A DNA stretch of 64,000 bases from Octopus vulgaris. Taxonomy: Eukaryota. Below are positions 51,715 through 64,000 of the stretch, piece after piece. A model generated the notes under the pieces. That model did no database searches. It was not told the DNA's origin and worked only from the letters and a program-made list of their open reading frames with translations. Positions within the stretch are counted from its first letter, which is position 1. Each line of letters starts with the position of its first letter. The DNA is taken from contig OX597827.1 in NCBI GenBank assembly GCA_951406725.2, forward strand, positions 16,492,001-16,556,000, in the 5' to 3' direction. The position numbers and the translations under genes were made by a program.

Positions 51715-51717
<3 letters not shown>
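51290..51717 (+). mobile_element. Young 5'-truncated Dong-like LINE 3' end (RLE domain) inserted in (TAA)n
   Basis: KANRPDIVVRDHEEK...LIDVSIPADDNVSLKEMEKLSKYKDLEIEVTRMW...IPIIVGALG...IQKIALLGTAHIL; (AAT)n on both sides. Confidence 0.9.
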
Positions 51718-51759
<42 letters not shown>

Positions 51760-51761
<2 letters not shown>

Positions 51762-52009
51762 GCGCCCTTTGAAAGCCTTGCCAGGTTCATGGGCCCGGTT
51801 TCCCAGTTTCAGTGCGTATGTGTTCCCCCCAGCTGGACAGGACGTCAGTCCATCGCAGCGTTACTCTTTTTTGCCAGCTGAGTGGACTGGAGCAACGTGA
51901 AATGAAGTGTTTTGCCCAAGAACACAACGCGTCGCCCGGTCCAGGAATCGAAACCACAATCTTACGATCATGATGCTGACACCCTAACAACTAAGCCACG
52001 CGCCTCCAC
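51760..52009 (-). mobile_element. Group A-related SINE whose (TTA)n tail extends to ~51239
   Basis: TSD tctgcataata (51228-51238, 52012-52022) encloses the SINE, its tail and the Dong-like fragment. Confidence 0.88.
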
Positions 52010-52993
52010 CATCTGCATAATACAGATTCATTACTAAAATTTTGGTCTGAACTGACTTTTCTGTGTCACAATATATGGATTTTGGAAAATTAGCCATGAA
52101 TAGGGTGGCATCAACAACAAGTAGGTAGAGCAAGCATATCAAGAAAAAACAGAAAATAATTTTGTAGATTCTAACAAAAGAGAAAGTAGACGAAAATTTC
52201 GAAGTTATTCCTTCTTTGCATATTCTTTCTGCTTTGCGTTGCAACCTTTAATCAAGCTGGATATAGAAGAATTGTGATACGACTGCTATGCTGGAACGAT
52301 CGATCTTATGAATATGGATACCCTTAGTTGTACGATATGGATGGTAAAGAAGTGTAAATATTTTTACACACAGGACACCGATTTACTGAAAGGTCTGACA
52401 TGAATTCGGCTTAGACATATTGCACAAATGGAACATTGAGGATAAGAAAATTAATAAAAACCACAAATATATAAGATTATGAAACTACAATAAAAGAATT
52501 TGACCAAACACAGTCTTACAAATACTTAGGAATTAATAATGAACCAAGCAGTGTACAACATACACTCACGCACACATAAGCGAAAGAAAAGTTTTCGAAG
52601 AAGCTATGTTACAGATGCGTTGGATCAATACATAAAACAGAGCTAAATGCAAACTATATGGCATTAGGCAGAAACACAGTAGCTGTTTCAATAAGATATA
52701 GTTTGTAATATCCCATGTTGGAGCTAAGTGAAATAGTAAGATTAGATGAGAAAACAAAGAAAATAACGACAGCGTTTAGAATATACCACACAATATCTGA
52801 CACAGAGGGATTATGTAAATCGCGATGGTAGGACGACGTAAGGACCTTGTGAAACGACATGATAGTTATAAGATATTTGGGAAAAGACTGAAAATAGGAA
52901 AGGAGAAAGAGGAAACTAATAGAAACACGAATACAAATATAAAGCAGGGACTGAGGTAACAGACAGTTGTGACGAGCAATAAAAAAAAAAACC

Positions 52994-53420
52994 GATCTTT
53001 TCGGTTTGAACGACAATTTTTTAATATAATTTCCACGTAACTAAACACTTTTAAACTTCGTATACTGGTAGAATGTGTTTATAAAACATCTTTTTCTCTT
53101 GGCTTTATTGAGAATATTCTATAGTTTATAAGATATTTGTTGCTTTTTCCTTCTTCAATTTCTGCAATTTCAACCAATCAATGACGTCTATTGAGTTAAA
53201 AAACATTATGTGCCGTATGAATATGTCCCTCGTTTAAGAAACAGATTGGGTTTATTTACATTTGTGAAGAAAAAAGATACCCTTCCCCCACCCCTAACCC
53301 TAACTACCCCTAACCTTAAAACAGATTTAAATGCAATAGATCGATACTAGGGTCATAATTATGGGTGACAATTTCATATGACACCGCTAGAAAAAACTGC
53401 CGTTCAAACCGAAAAGATCC
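52994..53420 (-). mobile_element. Telomere-repeat-bearing MITE, copy 5
   Basis: TIRs (left lacks one G); TSD aaaaaacc (52986-52993, 53421-53428). Confidence 0.92.
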
Positions 53421-53445
53421 AAAAAACCTATTAAACTAAGGACTG

Positions 53446-54065
53446 GTGGAAGCACTCCGTCGGTTACGACGACGAGGGTTCCGGTTGATCCGAATCAACG
53501 GAACAGCCTGCTCGTGATTTTAACGTGTAAGTGGCTGAGCACTCCACAGACACGTGCACCCTTAACGTAGTTCTCGGGGATATTCAGCGTGACACAGAGA
53601 GTGACAAGGCCGGCCCCTTGAAACTACAGGTACAACAGAAACAGGAAGTAAGAGTGAGAGAAAGTTGTGGGGGAAAGAGCACAGCAGGGATCACCACCAC
53701 CCCCTGCCGGAGCCTCGTGGAGCCTTTTTAGGTGTTTTCGCTCAATAAACACTCACAACGCCGCCCGGTCTGGGAATCGAAACCGCGATCCTACGACCGC
53801 GAGTCCGCTGCCCTAACCACTGGGCCATTGCGCCTCCACTAGCCCTTTGAAATACAGGTACAACAGAAACAGGAAGTAAGAGTGAGAGAAAGTTGTGGCG
53901 AAAGAGTACAGCAGGGATCACCACCACACCCTGCCGGAGCCTCGTGGAGCTTTTTAGGTGTTTTCGCTCAATAAACACTCACAACGCCGCCCGGTCTGGG
54001 AATCGAAACCGCGATCCTACGACCGCGAGTTCGCTGCCCTAACCACTGGGCCATTGCGCCTCCAC
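53446..54065 (-). mobile_element. Group A SINE double-headed dimer
   Basis: Heads at 54065 and 53839; single TSD aaactaag(g/a)act (53433-53444, 54066-54077). Confidence 0.9.
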
Positions 54066-54361
54066 AAACTAAGAACTAAAGTGAACATGAGAATAGAAAT
54101 TTCATGCTGAAACACTGGTAAGAAAAATCTTCACATGACCGATGCAATAAAATATCAGTGCTCATATCTTCTTCATACTGAGGTTGTGTTCAAACCTCAT
54201 AAAATAAATACACGTAATTAGTGGCTCAAATGTAAAAAAAAAACACATCGTTAGACTTGAGTACAAATTTTATTATTACAATGCAATAAATATTAGAGGC
54301 ATAAACTTTGCATGTCTAGACAGAGCGGCTAATTTGATAGTTGAGAGAGCAATATATGCAG

Positions 54362-54399
54362 AACACACACACACACACACACGCGCGCGCGCACACACA

Positions 54400-54446
<47 letters not shown>

Positions 54447-54459
54447 AGACACAGATACA

Positions 54460-54558
<99 letters not shown>

Positions 54559-54742
54559 ACACACACACAGACACACACACACACACACACACACAGAGAC
54601 ACAGACACACACACACACACAGACACAGACACACACACACACAGAGACACACACACAGATACAGACACACACACACACACAGACACACGAGCGCACACAC
54701 ACACACACACAAACGAGCGCACACAAACAAACACACACACAT
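54362..54742. repeat. (CA)n/(CAGA) array
   Basis: Direct reading; explains the (CV)n and (HT)n ORFs. Confidence 0.95.
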
Positions 54743-55071
54743 AAGCATGTCTGAGTTTGGACTTTGATACTCTGGAAATTCAAGAAAAGAAATATAAACA
54801 CAGAATGAAATACTTTTCTGAATGACAAAATGAACGCCGATTGGGACGTACTATTTCATACAGTCAGAGAAATATTAAAAGAGATTATCCAGAGATTATT
54901 GTCAGAGACCAGAAGATAAAGTAGAAGGAAAAGAGCCCCTAATTAATATATCAATTTTAATGGGCAATAATATATCGCCGATAGAAATATAGAAACTCTA
55001 AATTACAAAGATCTGGAACCAGAATGTAGGATTGAAAACAACCCGTAAAACTTTTGTTTTAAACCTTGGGA

Positions 55072-55228
55072 TTACATAGAGAGTATTTTGCGTAGGATAT
55101 GAGCAGTTCCCATGAGCACTATCTTTTGAATTTCTGCCATTTTGGGGTTTCCTGGTATCTGAGTTTGGTAGCAATCAGTCCCTTTCGCTATCATTCCCAG
55201 GGCACCTATGACAACAGGTATTGTTTTT
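55072..55228 (-). mobile_element. Short Dong/R4-like 3' fragment
   Basis: Minus frame KTIPVVIGALGMIAKGTDCYQTQIPGNPKMAEIQKIVLMGTAHILRKILSM*; 5' side abuts (AAT)n. Confidence 0.88.
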
Positions 55229-55236
55229 GTTATTAC

Positions 55237-55270
<34 letters not shown>

Positions 55271-55322
55271 TATTCAAGGCACTCCAAGTTTCCGAGTTCA
55301 ATTCCAGGCAGTGCCTTGAATA

Positions 55323-55381
<59 letters not shown>

Positions 55382-55452
55382 CAACAACAACAACATCAGC
55401 AAAAAATACCTTAGGAATGAGAACCCAGCATTGGGTTCAAAATTCTACCAGG

Positions 55453-55496
55453 ACACCTGATGAAGTCTGGAGAGTAAATCAGCCGAAACGATGTGG
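55453..55496 (+). ncRNA. Minimal type I hammerhead ribozyme motif (probably degenerate)
   Basis: acac-CTGATGA-a-gtctg...cagcc-GAAACG-at-gtgg; U16.1 position reads A. Confidence 0.6.
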
Positions 55497-55753
55497 TAAC
55501 AAGAAGCAAGATGAGCTGCTTTCTGTTGTGCGAATGTAAACGAGACTACCAAATTTTTATATTTGGCGTAATAAAGGATTCATAATAACACACACACACA
55601 CACACAGTAGAAGGAGGGATTAGTCTAAAGCACCCTAAGTATTATTTGCCTAGAGTTTTGCTCTTTTTGACTCCAGCGCAATTTGAACTCAAAATGCATG
55701 TAGTTGGCGCAAGTACAAGTCGACTTACCAGACTCTCTCACGATTACCAGTTT

Positions 55754-56142
55754 GCTGGCAGAAACGTTAGCACGCCGGGCGAAATGCTTAGCGGTATTTC
55801 GTCTGCCGCTACGTTCTGAGTTCAAATTCCGCCGAGGTCGACTTTGCCTTTCATCCTTTCGGGGTCGATTAAATAAGTACCAGTTACGCACTGGGGTCGA
55901 TATAATCGACTTAATCCGTTTGTCTGTCCTTGTTTGTCCCCTCTATGCTTAGCCCCTTGTGGATAGTAAAGAAATAGGTATTTCGTCTGTCTTTACGATC
56001 TGAGTTCAAATTCCGCCGAGGTCGACCTTGCCTTTCATCCTTTCGGGGTCGATAAATTAAGTACCAGTTTCGTACTGGGGTCGATCTAATCGACTGGCCC
56101 CCTCCCCCAAAATTTCGGTCCTTGTGCCTAGAGCAGAAGAGA
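55754..56142 (+). mobile_element. Group B SINE dimer
   Basis: Head, body and tail A, restart after gaaataggta (~55971), final tail B; likely TSD gattac(c/t)agtt on both sides. Confidence 0.9.
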
Positions 56143-56669
56143 TTACTAGTTCACCACTTTTATGCTACTATAATTCTACACTCGATATTTTAAAATGGTT
56201 TCTTATTTGCAGAATATCCAATCATACAACGCCACCTGTTGATGGTTGTTGTTGTTCTTGCTGTTCTCGTTTTAGTAGTAGTAGTAGTAGATGTTGTTGG
56301 ATGGTGAGCTCATTTAATCCAAGGTCACCCTTGACAAGTCAACATCAACAATTATCTCTAACAAATACAAAAACGAAATCAGAAATTGAAGTCAATTTGC
56401 TACGTGCAAATTAGCCATCAAAGCTGTATTATGGAGCAAACACACAGTTCGCTTGTCTTTTCAAAGAACAACACAAGAACAGACTTTAACATCAACAAGG
56501 CAGATAGCAAGATGAAAAGGAAGAAATCAACTTAAACGCTTCCAGATGCTTCTAGAAGCTGCAGTAATAAGCTCCAGCATCATACAGGTAGTCAATACAT
56601 TGATACCGTAAGCATAAATATCCAAAGTCGACATTCTAAATTTAACTGATTTGAATTTTGAAATTTAAT

Positions 56670-57060
56670 AAGCGTAGGCACGGCTGTGTGGTTAAGAAGT
56701 TTATTTCGTAACCACATGGTTTCAGGTTCAGTCCCAAGGTGCGGTACATTGGGCAAGAATTTTCTACTGTATCCTCGGCCCGACCAATTCCTTGTGAATG
56801 GATTTAGTAGACGGAAATTCTGCAGAATTGCGTGCGTGTGTGCGAGCGCGCGTATATTTTGGGGTTTGTCCTCCCACTGCCATTTGGCGACCGATGTCTG
56901 TTTGTGTTCTCCTAACAGGGGTTCGATGAACGGCACGAATACAGTAAGTACGAGACTTTAAAAAAAAAAAGTCCTGGGGTCGACTTTTTTTCGACTAAAT
57001 ACTTTAATGTGGTGCCCCAACTGTGCAGTACAGTCAAATCACTGAAACAAGTAATAGAGT
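56670..57060 (+). mobile_element. SINE group C (degenerate)
   Basis: Aligns by eye with the 49243 copy. Confidence 0.75.
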
Positions 57061-57734
57061 AACAAAATGCGAAAATAGATAATAATAATAATAATAATAA
57101 TAAACAATATCTGATATACGAGAAAAAAAGCATACTTTCAGTTAGTTGTAAGACAGCACTAAATGACACAACAATTCTTGACATTTGCCAAAGTCTAAAG
57201 TTTAAATCAAAATATGTAAAGTGTGAATGATATGAAAAAATATTTATGAATATCACGAAGAAAAAAAAGATGGAAGATACGATAAGATGATAAAAATAAT
57301 GGTGATAGAGAAAAAACTGTATCGATAATGTGACTGATGAGAATAACGACTCAAACAAATAACATGGTTTATAATTCGTAAATAAATGTTCCTACGTACT
57401 TTATTTACTTAGAAGTAGGGGTTCCCGTGCTGGGTGACGCATGCTCCAGTAGTAAGCCTCAGTGGTAGCGTTCCATTCTCTGAGAAACTGCCTGAATCGA
57501 TTCAACAGACCTGACCGACCGTCTTCAGCAGGAGACAACCTTTGTCCCGACTGCTGCGATGCTTTTGCACTTTGAATAGTTTTCTTCTAGAGAAAGGACG
57601 TTAACCTAAAGCTTAGCTTGCCTTTAAGATAGAAACGCTAGGTAGGAGCTGTTTCTGTTGACTGCTAGTTCCAGAAACTGTGAACGAAAAAGATAAGCTC
57701 TACTGTTAGTAGAGTAGAGCGACACCTCATTGGA

Positions 57735-58967
57735 CTGGCTCTCCGTTGGTTATGACCACAAGAGTTCCTGTTGATCTGATCAACGAAACAGCCTTTTCGA
57801 GAAATTTACGTGCAAGTGGCTGGGTACACAACAGACACGTTATTTCTTTATTTCCCATAAAGAATTTACATAGAGCGGGACATTACAACACATTGGGGAC
57901 ACAAAACACCAAAAATTAAAATTAAAATTAAAACAAAAAACATAATCGTATGATAAAAAGATGAAAAGGGTGAAAATGGGGAATGAAAGTGATGATGTTA
58001 ACCGCCCCATCGGTTTACATCACTTACTTGCCTTCATTCCCTATGTCAGTATTTCGAAAATTATGTAGTCCTCTAGTTTCACCCCATACCGCTTCTCAAG
58101 TTTATATCTCTTGTCGGAGTTTATACGCTTCCTGGATCTTTTCGGTTTGAACGGCAGTTTTTAACATAATTTCTAGGTAACTAAAAAAAATTAAACTTCG
58201 TATACTGCTAGAATGTGTTTATAAAACATCTTTTTCTCTTGGCTTTATTGAGAAAATTCTATAGTTTGTAAGATATTTGTTGTTGTTTCTTCTTCAATTT
58301 CTGCAATTTCAACCAATCAGTGACGTCTATTGAGTTATAAAGCATTCTGTGCCGTATGAATATGTCCCTCGTTTAAGAAACAGATTGGGTATATTTACAT
58401 TTGTGAAGAAAAAAAGATACCCTTTCCCCACCCCTAACCCTAACTAACCCTAACCCTAAAACAGATTGAAATGCAATAGATCGATACTAGGGTCATAATT
58501 ATGGGTGACAATTTCATATGACACCGCTAGAAAAAACTGCCATTCAAACCGAAAAGAACCCTCTTCCTTACTAACATATAAACGTTGTTAAGTTCTTTTT
58601 CAAGTTCTTTTACTTGGTTTCTTGTTAATAATACTTCCATACCCCCATCCTTATCCCAGCTGCCTGGTAATTTAACCTTTCGCTAATCCTTCAATATTTC
58701 AAATAAATCCTCATCTTCATTGCCTAGTAAACCTACATAATGGTCTGTGGGACGGGAATTTTGTGAGTTACCCTGTGTGTCTGTTTTCTGTTAGACACGC
58801 ATAACCTTTAACGGAGTTCTCAGGGAGATTCAGTGTGACACAGAACGTTTGAAATACAAGTACTACTCATTTTTGCCAGCTGAGTACCAACGAGCCGCCG
58901 GGAATTGAACTCACGATCTTGAGATCGTGACCTGAATACCCTAACCACAAATCCACGAGCCTCCACT
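57735..58967 (-). mobile_element. Old group A-like SINE split by a ~950-bp insertion (57841-58792)
   Basis: Tail part at 57735-57840 resumes at 58793; agacacg is duplicated at the junctions. Confidence 0.6.
58134..58560 (-). mobile_element. Telomere-repeat-bearing MITE, copy 6
   Basis: TIRs; TSD cgcttcct/ctcttcct (one mismatch). Confidence 0.92.
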
Positions 58968-59782
58968 GTACCACCCCATAAAGATTCTACGACCAAAGTA
59001 GATGATACATAACAAACATGGTGTATAACTGATTTAATAATTCGAACAGACTACAACGACTTCGATGAATAATAACAGTCTTTGAAAAGGCATTCTTAAA
59101 TATCAAAGCAGATTATGGGATGTTATAAGCAACGACTGGGGAAAATTCGATTTCAAACGATATTAATTCTCAATAATATGTGTTCAAATCGTTTTCTTAC
59201 GATTGTGATTCTATTCTCCTAGCTGTAGAAAATGAGAAGTTAAATAAACAATATATTGTTACAGAAGATATCCTAGAAAATTGGAAAGCTAAATTAAATC
59301 ACAGAAACGATACTTTAACGTGGCGGAAGCTCACACTTGTTTATCCTTCAAAGAAAATAATAAGAATTTTAATCATGTGATAAGGAAGCAGAGCATAAAA
59401 ACGTTGAAGAAATTACCTTTGTAAATATTAGAATCCTTTAAAACAAAGAGAATCCTGGTTTAATAGATTTAAAACGCGTAATATTAGTATAGCATTAGAC
59501 TTTTTCAAAGCAACGCTTTTGAAATTCTGCTGAACGATACATGGTAATAGCATTTAATATTGCTTCTCAAAGAAGCAATTTTCGAGAAAGAATACAGTAA
59601 AAATAGCCGATGGTTAGAGAAATATGCGGTAATAAGATATTAAAAACTGGCAGTCCATACGACGGCGAGGGTTCCTGTTGACTTAGTCAACGGAACTTTC
59701 TGCTTGTGAAATTAACGTGCAAACGGCTAAATGGCCCACAGACACAGGTATCCTTAACGCCCTTGTTCTTTCCTCTTATATA

Positions 59783-60185
59783 TCTATTATATAAAATCCG
59801 TTCTGTCTGTCTGTGTATGTGTGTCTTCTAGGATCTCGGGCATCCTCCATCCGATTGCGCTCAAATTTGATATGTTTGATATGTTGATACTGACGGTATC
59901 AGGGCGTGTATAAGTCTTGGAAAAATTACAAAACATCGATTCCAGGTGAGAATGCGATCGATAAAGCCGTGGGAACGTGCATTTGTACGCGCAAGTACAT
60001 CAGCTGTTGTGATCGATACTACGTGTACGCGAGAAAAATGCAGGTGCAGTTTGCGCAAAAAAGCCGGCTGGCTTGAAATAATACCACAAAATGCAGTATA
60101 TTTAAGAGACCAAAAAAAAAAAAAAGAATTTGGTTTAAATGTTTGACAACTCAGCACCGTTCATTGGACGTGGGGCGTTTTGCTC

Positions 60186-60186
<1 letters not shown>
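59783..60186 (+). mobile_element. Non-autonomous Helitron-like element
   Basis: 5' a|tctattatataaaa, (GTCT)n near the 5' end, degenerate subterminal hairpin and 3' ctcg|t (CTAG variant). Confidence 0.6.
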
Positions 60187-60240
<54 letters not shown>

Positions 60241-60435
60241 AATAACGATAGTATGACAATAAAAGACTGAATGAAACCTCGATATTATGTCAAATAGAAG
60301 AATTTATCTATAAATATAATATGCGACAATTAGTTGGTTGTCATAATAAAACTCAGAATTTTGGATGACGTGGCTGAAGTCTGCTCCGGCATCTTATCAG
60401 TCATTTTGTTATGATACCAACTAATTGTTACATAT

Positions 60436-60510
<75 letters not shown>

Positions 60511-60806
60511 GAATGACCATGAACTTGCAGCTAGAAAGTTCCCGTTCGAGGCAAAAGTCCGGGCAGTGTTGTTTGTGGAAGACCAGCAGTCATCCATAAA
60601 GACCAGTACCCCCTCTCCAACCCCACTGATGTTGTCCAAGGGAAAGGTAAAGGCCGATATAGCTTGTCAACGTCGCAACTCATTTCTACAGCTGAGTGAA
60701 CTGGGGGCAACGTGAAATAGTGTCTTGCTCAAAAGCACAACAGACTTGTACGGGAATCGAACACACAACCCCACAATTGTAAGCCCGATGCTCTAACCAC
60801 TGAGTC

Positions 60807-60952
<146 letters not shown>

Positions 60953-61409
60953 CCACAAGCTTCTACCCACAAGCTTCTACGCTCACAAGGGACTGATTTG
61001 ACCGGGGCTATAGTAGAAGAAACTTGCCCAAGATGATATGAAAAAATGTTTGATCACCCGATATTACCTACGCATAAAATTAGCATATAATTTTTTTTAA
61101 CTACACTGCCATGTCTGAAAGCAAAAATCAGAATATGATAAAAAGACTATCTAAACGCCATCAGTAGCTCAATGGCAAACAAAAGTCCTCGGCCCACAGT
61201 GAACACCTTTATCAGCTACTTATGGATAGGAGTCCATCTGTTGCCAATATTGTATTAAAATATGAGATTTCTTGGAATTGAAAGAGCCCTGCTGTTGAAA
61301 CTATTGATATTAACTATGATTTAACCTATTTCTAAACCAGATAAAATCTTTGAATCTCCCAAAGAAATACTTATAATGGCTTTTTTTTTTTTACAAAGCT
61401 CTACATAAT

Positions 61410-61805
61410 CATTCCTGCTATAGGCACAGGACTTTAAATTTCGGGGAAGGAGATTTAACTGAAAGGTAAAGGTAAAGATGAAAGGTAAAGGCGACCTCGG
61501 GGAAATTTGAACTCAGAACGTAATAATGGTCGAAATGCCGCTAAGCATTTTGCCCGGCATATTAACGATGCTTATTTCTTTATTGTCCACAAGGGGCTAA
61601 ACACAGAGGGGACAACCAAGTACAGACAAAGAGTTTAAGTCGATTATATCGACCCCAGTGCGTAACTGGTACTTAATTTATCGACCCCGAAAGGATGAAA
61701 GGCAAAGTCAGCCTTGGCGGAATTTGAACTCAGAACGTAGCGGCAGACGAAATACCGCTAAGCATTTCGTCCGCCGTGCTAACGTATCTGCCAGCTCGCC
61801 GCCTT
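61410..61805 (-). mobile_element. Group B SINE dimer
   Basis: Reverse-complement head at 61805; degenerate second body. Confidence 0.85.
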
Positions 61806-62450
61806 CAAAACTCTTAATAATGGTCCACAAATGGATTTATCATATAGCATTATTAACCCATCACTTTTCTCTTCTGTATTTACAAACTGCTCTTCAAAAA
61901 TATTGTTCATTACATTGAGCATTTACCAAATGCAAATTTTACTTCCTATTGAGCAGAACTAGAGCAAACTCAAATCATGCAAAATAATTGATCAGTTCCT
62001 TATTAAAAAATATGTTGGTGGATGATGTAAACAGGCAACAAGAACCAATCATGTGCCGGAAAACTCCAGATCACAGAAAACTATTTGCTTTGGTTCCGTG
62101 CGACTGACTAATCATAATGTTGAAAGTTCACAAATATAATGACGCCAAAGAACAAGACAAATCTAGCTGTGATAAAACGTAACGATACCATATAAATAAA
62201 AACCGTATCGTTCTGCACAGGGGGCCAAAGGAATGTGTGCTTTAGTGGAGCGTAGGAAATTGTTTGTCGATAAATAGGAATATTGCCAACCAAACACAAA
62301 GGTTGGGTTTTACTCTTTAATCCAGCAAATACCGCAGGGAAAATATAAAGAAAGCTGAAAGCATTATGGCTGGTTTCATAATACACGAATATTTTTCAGC
62401 TAAACACTATACCCAAAATCGAGACTATCACAATATGTACTTATCATACT

Positions 62451-62785
62451 GGCGCAGACATGTTTGTTTGGTTAAGAAGTTTATTTTGCAACTGTGTGGT
62501 TTTGGGTTCGGTCCCACAGCGCAGTGCCATAGGCAAGTGTCTTTCATATAGCCTCGTCCGACTAATTGTGAGTGAATTTGGTAGACAGAAACTGTGTGCA
62601 AGCCCGTCGTATATCTCTCTGTCAGTAAGTGTGTGTGTGTGTGTGGGGGGGGTGTCTGTGAGTGTGTTCGTCACCCCCCATACCGCTTGACAACCAGCAC
62701 TGGTTTCTTTATGTCCCCGTAATTTAGTAATTCGAGAAAAGAAACCGACAAAACGTGAAAAGGGATCGATTCCTTCGACCCAAAT
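62451..62785 (+). mobile_element. SINE group C (degenerate)
   Basis: ggcgcagacatg...gggttcggtccc head, gcccgtcgtatat junction, internal (TG)n. Confidence 0.75.
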
Positions 62786-62985
62786 GGTCGTTGTCCACTG
62801 ATTGACACAAATAAATGATAAAAAGAAAGGTGTGTAGAGACTAAATAATCACGATCGAGTCGCTTTGATTCCAACAGTTTAGAGGATTTCAGACGATACG
62901 TATTCAAAAGCGAAACAGGAAATATAACACTTAAGAACAGAGTAACAGAACAATTAAGAAATTCTAAATTAGTCATAGGATCAAA

Positions 62986-63402
62986 GGGTCTTTTCGGTTT
63001 GAACGGGAGTTTTTTCTAGCGGTGTCATATGAAATTGTCACCCATAATTATGACTCTAGTATCGATCTATTGCATTTCAATCTGTTTTAGGGTTAGGGTT
63101 AGGGGTGGGGGAAGGGTATCTTTTTTTCTTCACAAATGTAAATAAACCCATTCTGTTTCTTAAACGAGGGACATATTCATACTGCACAGAATGTTTTTTT
63201 TTACCTCAATGGAGGTCATTGATTGGTTGAAATTGCAGAAATTGAAGAAAAAAAAACAAATATCTTACAAACTATAGAATTTTCTCAATAAAGCCAAGAG
63301 AAAAAGATGTTTTATAAACACATTCTACCAGTATACGAAGTTTAAAATTTTTTAGTTACCTAGAAATTATGTTAAAAACTGCCGTTTAAACCGAAAAGAT
63401 CC
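62986..63402 (+). mobile_element. Telomere-repeat-bearing MITE, copy 7
   Basis: TIRs; perfect TSD ggatcaaa (62978-62985, 63403-63410); ttagggttagggttaggggtgggggaaggg at 63087-63116. Confidence 0.95.
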
Positions 63403-63419
63403 GGATCAAACATTTTGAA

Positions 63420-63865
63420 GAGAGGGGTGACCACCACACTAGTGATTCGACATTTTGTTTTATCGGACCTGATTGGATGAAAGGTTCAGCTGACCTCGGT
63501 GACATTTGAACTCGATTGTAAAGAGCCGGAAATATTAATAGTTTCTAATTGATGCAAAAGGCCAGTAAATTTTAATAGGAGAAAATTAGTCGACTATTAG
63601 ATGGAATCCACTCTTTCGACTGGTACTTTATTTTATCGACCCCGAAAGGATTAAAAGCAAGGCGGACCTCGGTGAGGTTTGAACACAGAATGTGAAAAGG
63701 AGTCGGAACAAATACCGCCGAAAAAAAAAAAGAATACGGTATCTAAAAGGAGGGGATAAGTGAATATCATAAACCCCCAGTTCTTAGAATGGCACTCATT
63801 TTATTGATTTCGAAGGGATGGCTTTGACGATAACTGAATTCAGAACTTAAAGAGCCGGAAAAAAT
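63420..63865 (-). mobile_element. Three degenerate group B SINE remnants
   Basis: Recurrent ttatcgaccccgaaaggat...gacctcggt...tttgaactc-like motifs. Confidence 0.6.
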
Positions 63866-63870
63866 AATTC

Positions 63871-64000
63871 GGATCTTTTCGGTTTGAACGGCAGTTTTTT
63901 CTAGCGGTGTCATATGAAATTGTCACCCATAATTATGACCCTAGTATCAATCTATTGCATTTCAATCTGTAGTAGGGTTAGGGGTGGGAGGAAGGGTATC
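63871..64000 (+). mobile_element. Telomere-repeat-bearing MITE, copy 8 (cut by window end)
   Basis: Perfect left TIR and the same internal sequence. Confidence 0.9.

Larger units (their letters stand above)
49670..55050 (+). mobile_element. Old, heavily decayed R4/Dong-type LINE hosting multiple nested insertions
   Basis: Remnant motifs in order: NWK..., LIIDQ-like (~51172-51186), EFGLD (~52402), SYKYLGIN (~52514), LDEKTKKI...IYH (~52742), RLE-like YKDLE (~55004); boundaries approximate. Confidence 0.65.

Overview
AT-rich, gene-poor eukaryotic DNA made almost entirely of microsatellites and interspersed repeats. The SINE repertoire and microsatellite density are most consistent with an octopus (coleoid cephalopod) intron or intergenic region; this is recognition, not a database match. 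No intact protein-coding gene is supportable, and nearly all long ORFs in the track are microsatellite or SINE artefacts. Contents: (i) eight copies of a ~420-450 bp non-autonomous DNA transposon with 29-bp GG-initiated TIRs, 8-bp TSDs (Merlin-like) and an internal telomeric TTAGGG/G-quadruplex tract; (ii) Penelope-like (PLE) remnants, including a GIY-YIG endonuclease fragment and a dispersed ~190 bp terminal repeat with a minimal hammerhead-ribozyme-like motif carrying a variant core, plus other hammerhead motifs and fold-back palindromes embedded in (TA)n; (iii) three tRNA-derived SINE groups with modular tails, internal multimers and embedded microsatellites; (iv) decayed R4/Dong-type (RLE) and CR1/L2-group LINEs with nested insertions; (v) two non-autonomous Helitrons, two Tc1/mariner-type MITEs and an old long-TIR element; (vi) one candidate disabled exon encoding a signal peptide plus Cys-rich peptide. 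Coordinates were read by eye and fuzzy ends may be off by a few bases.
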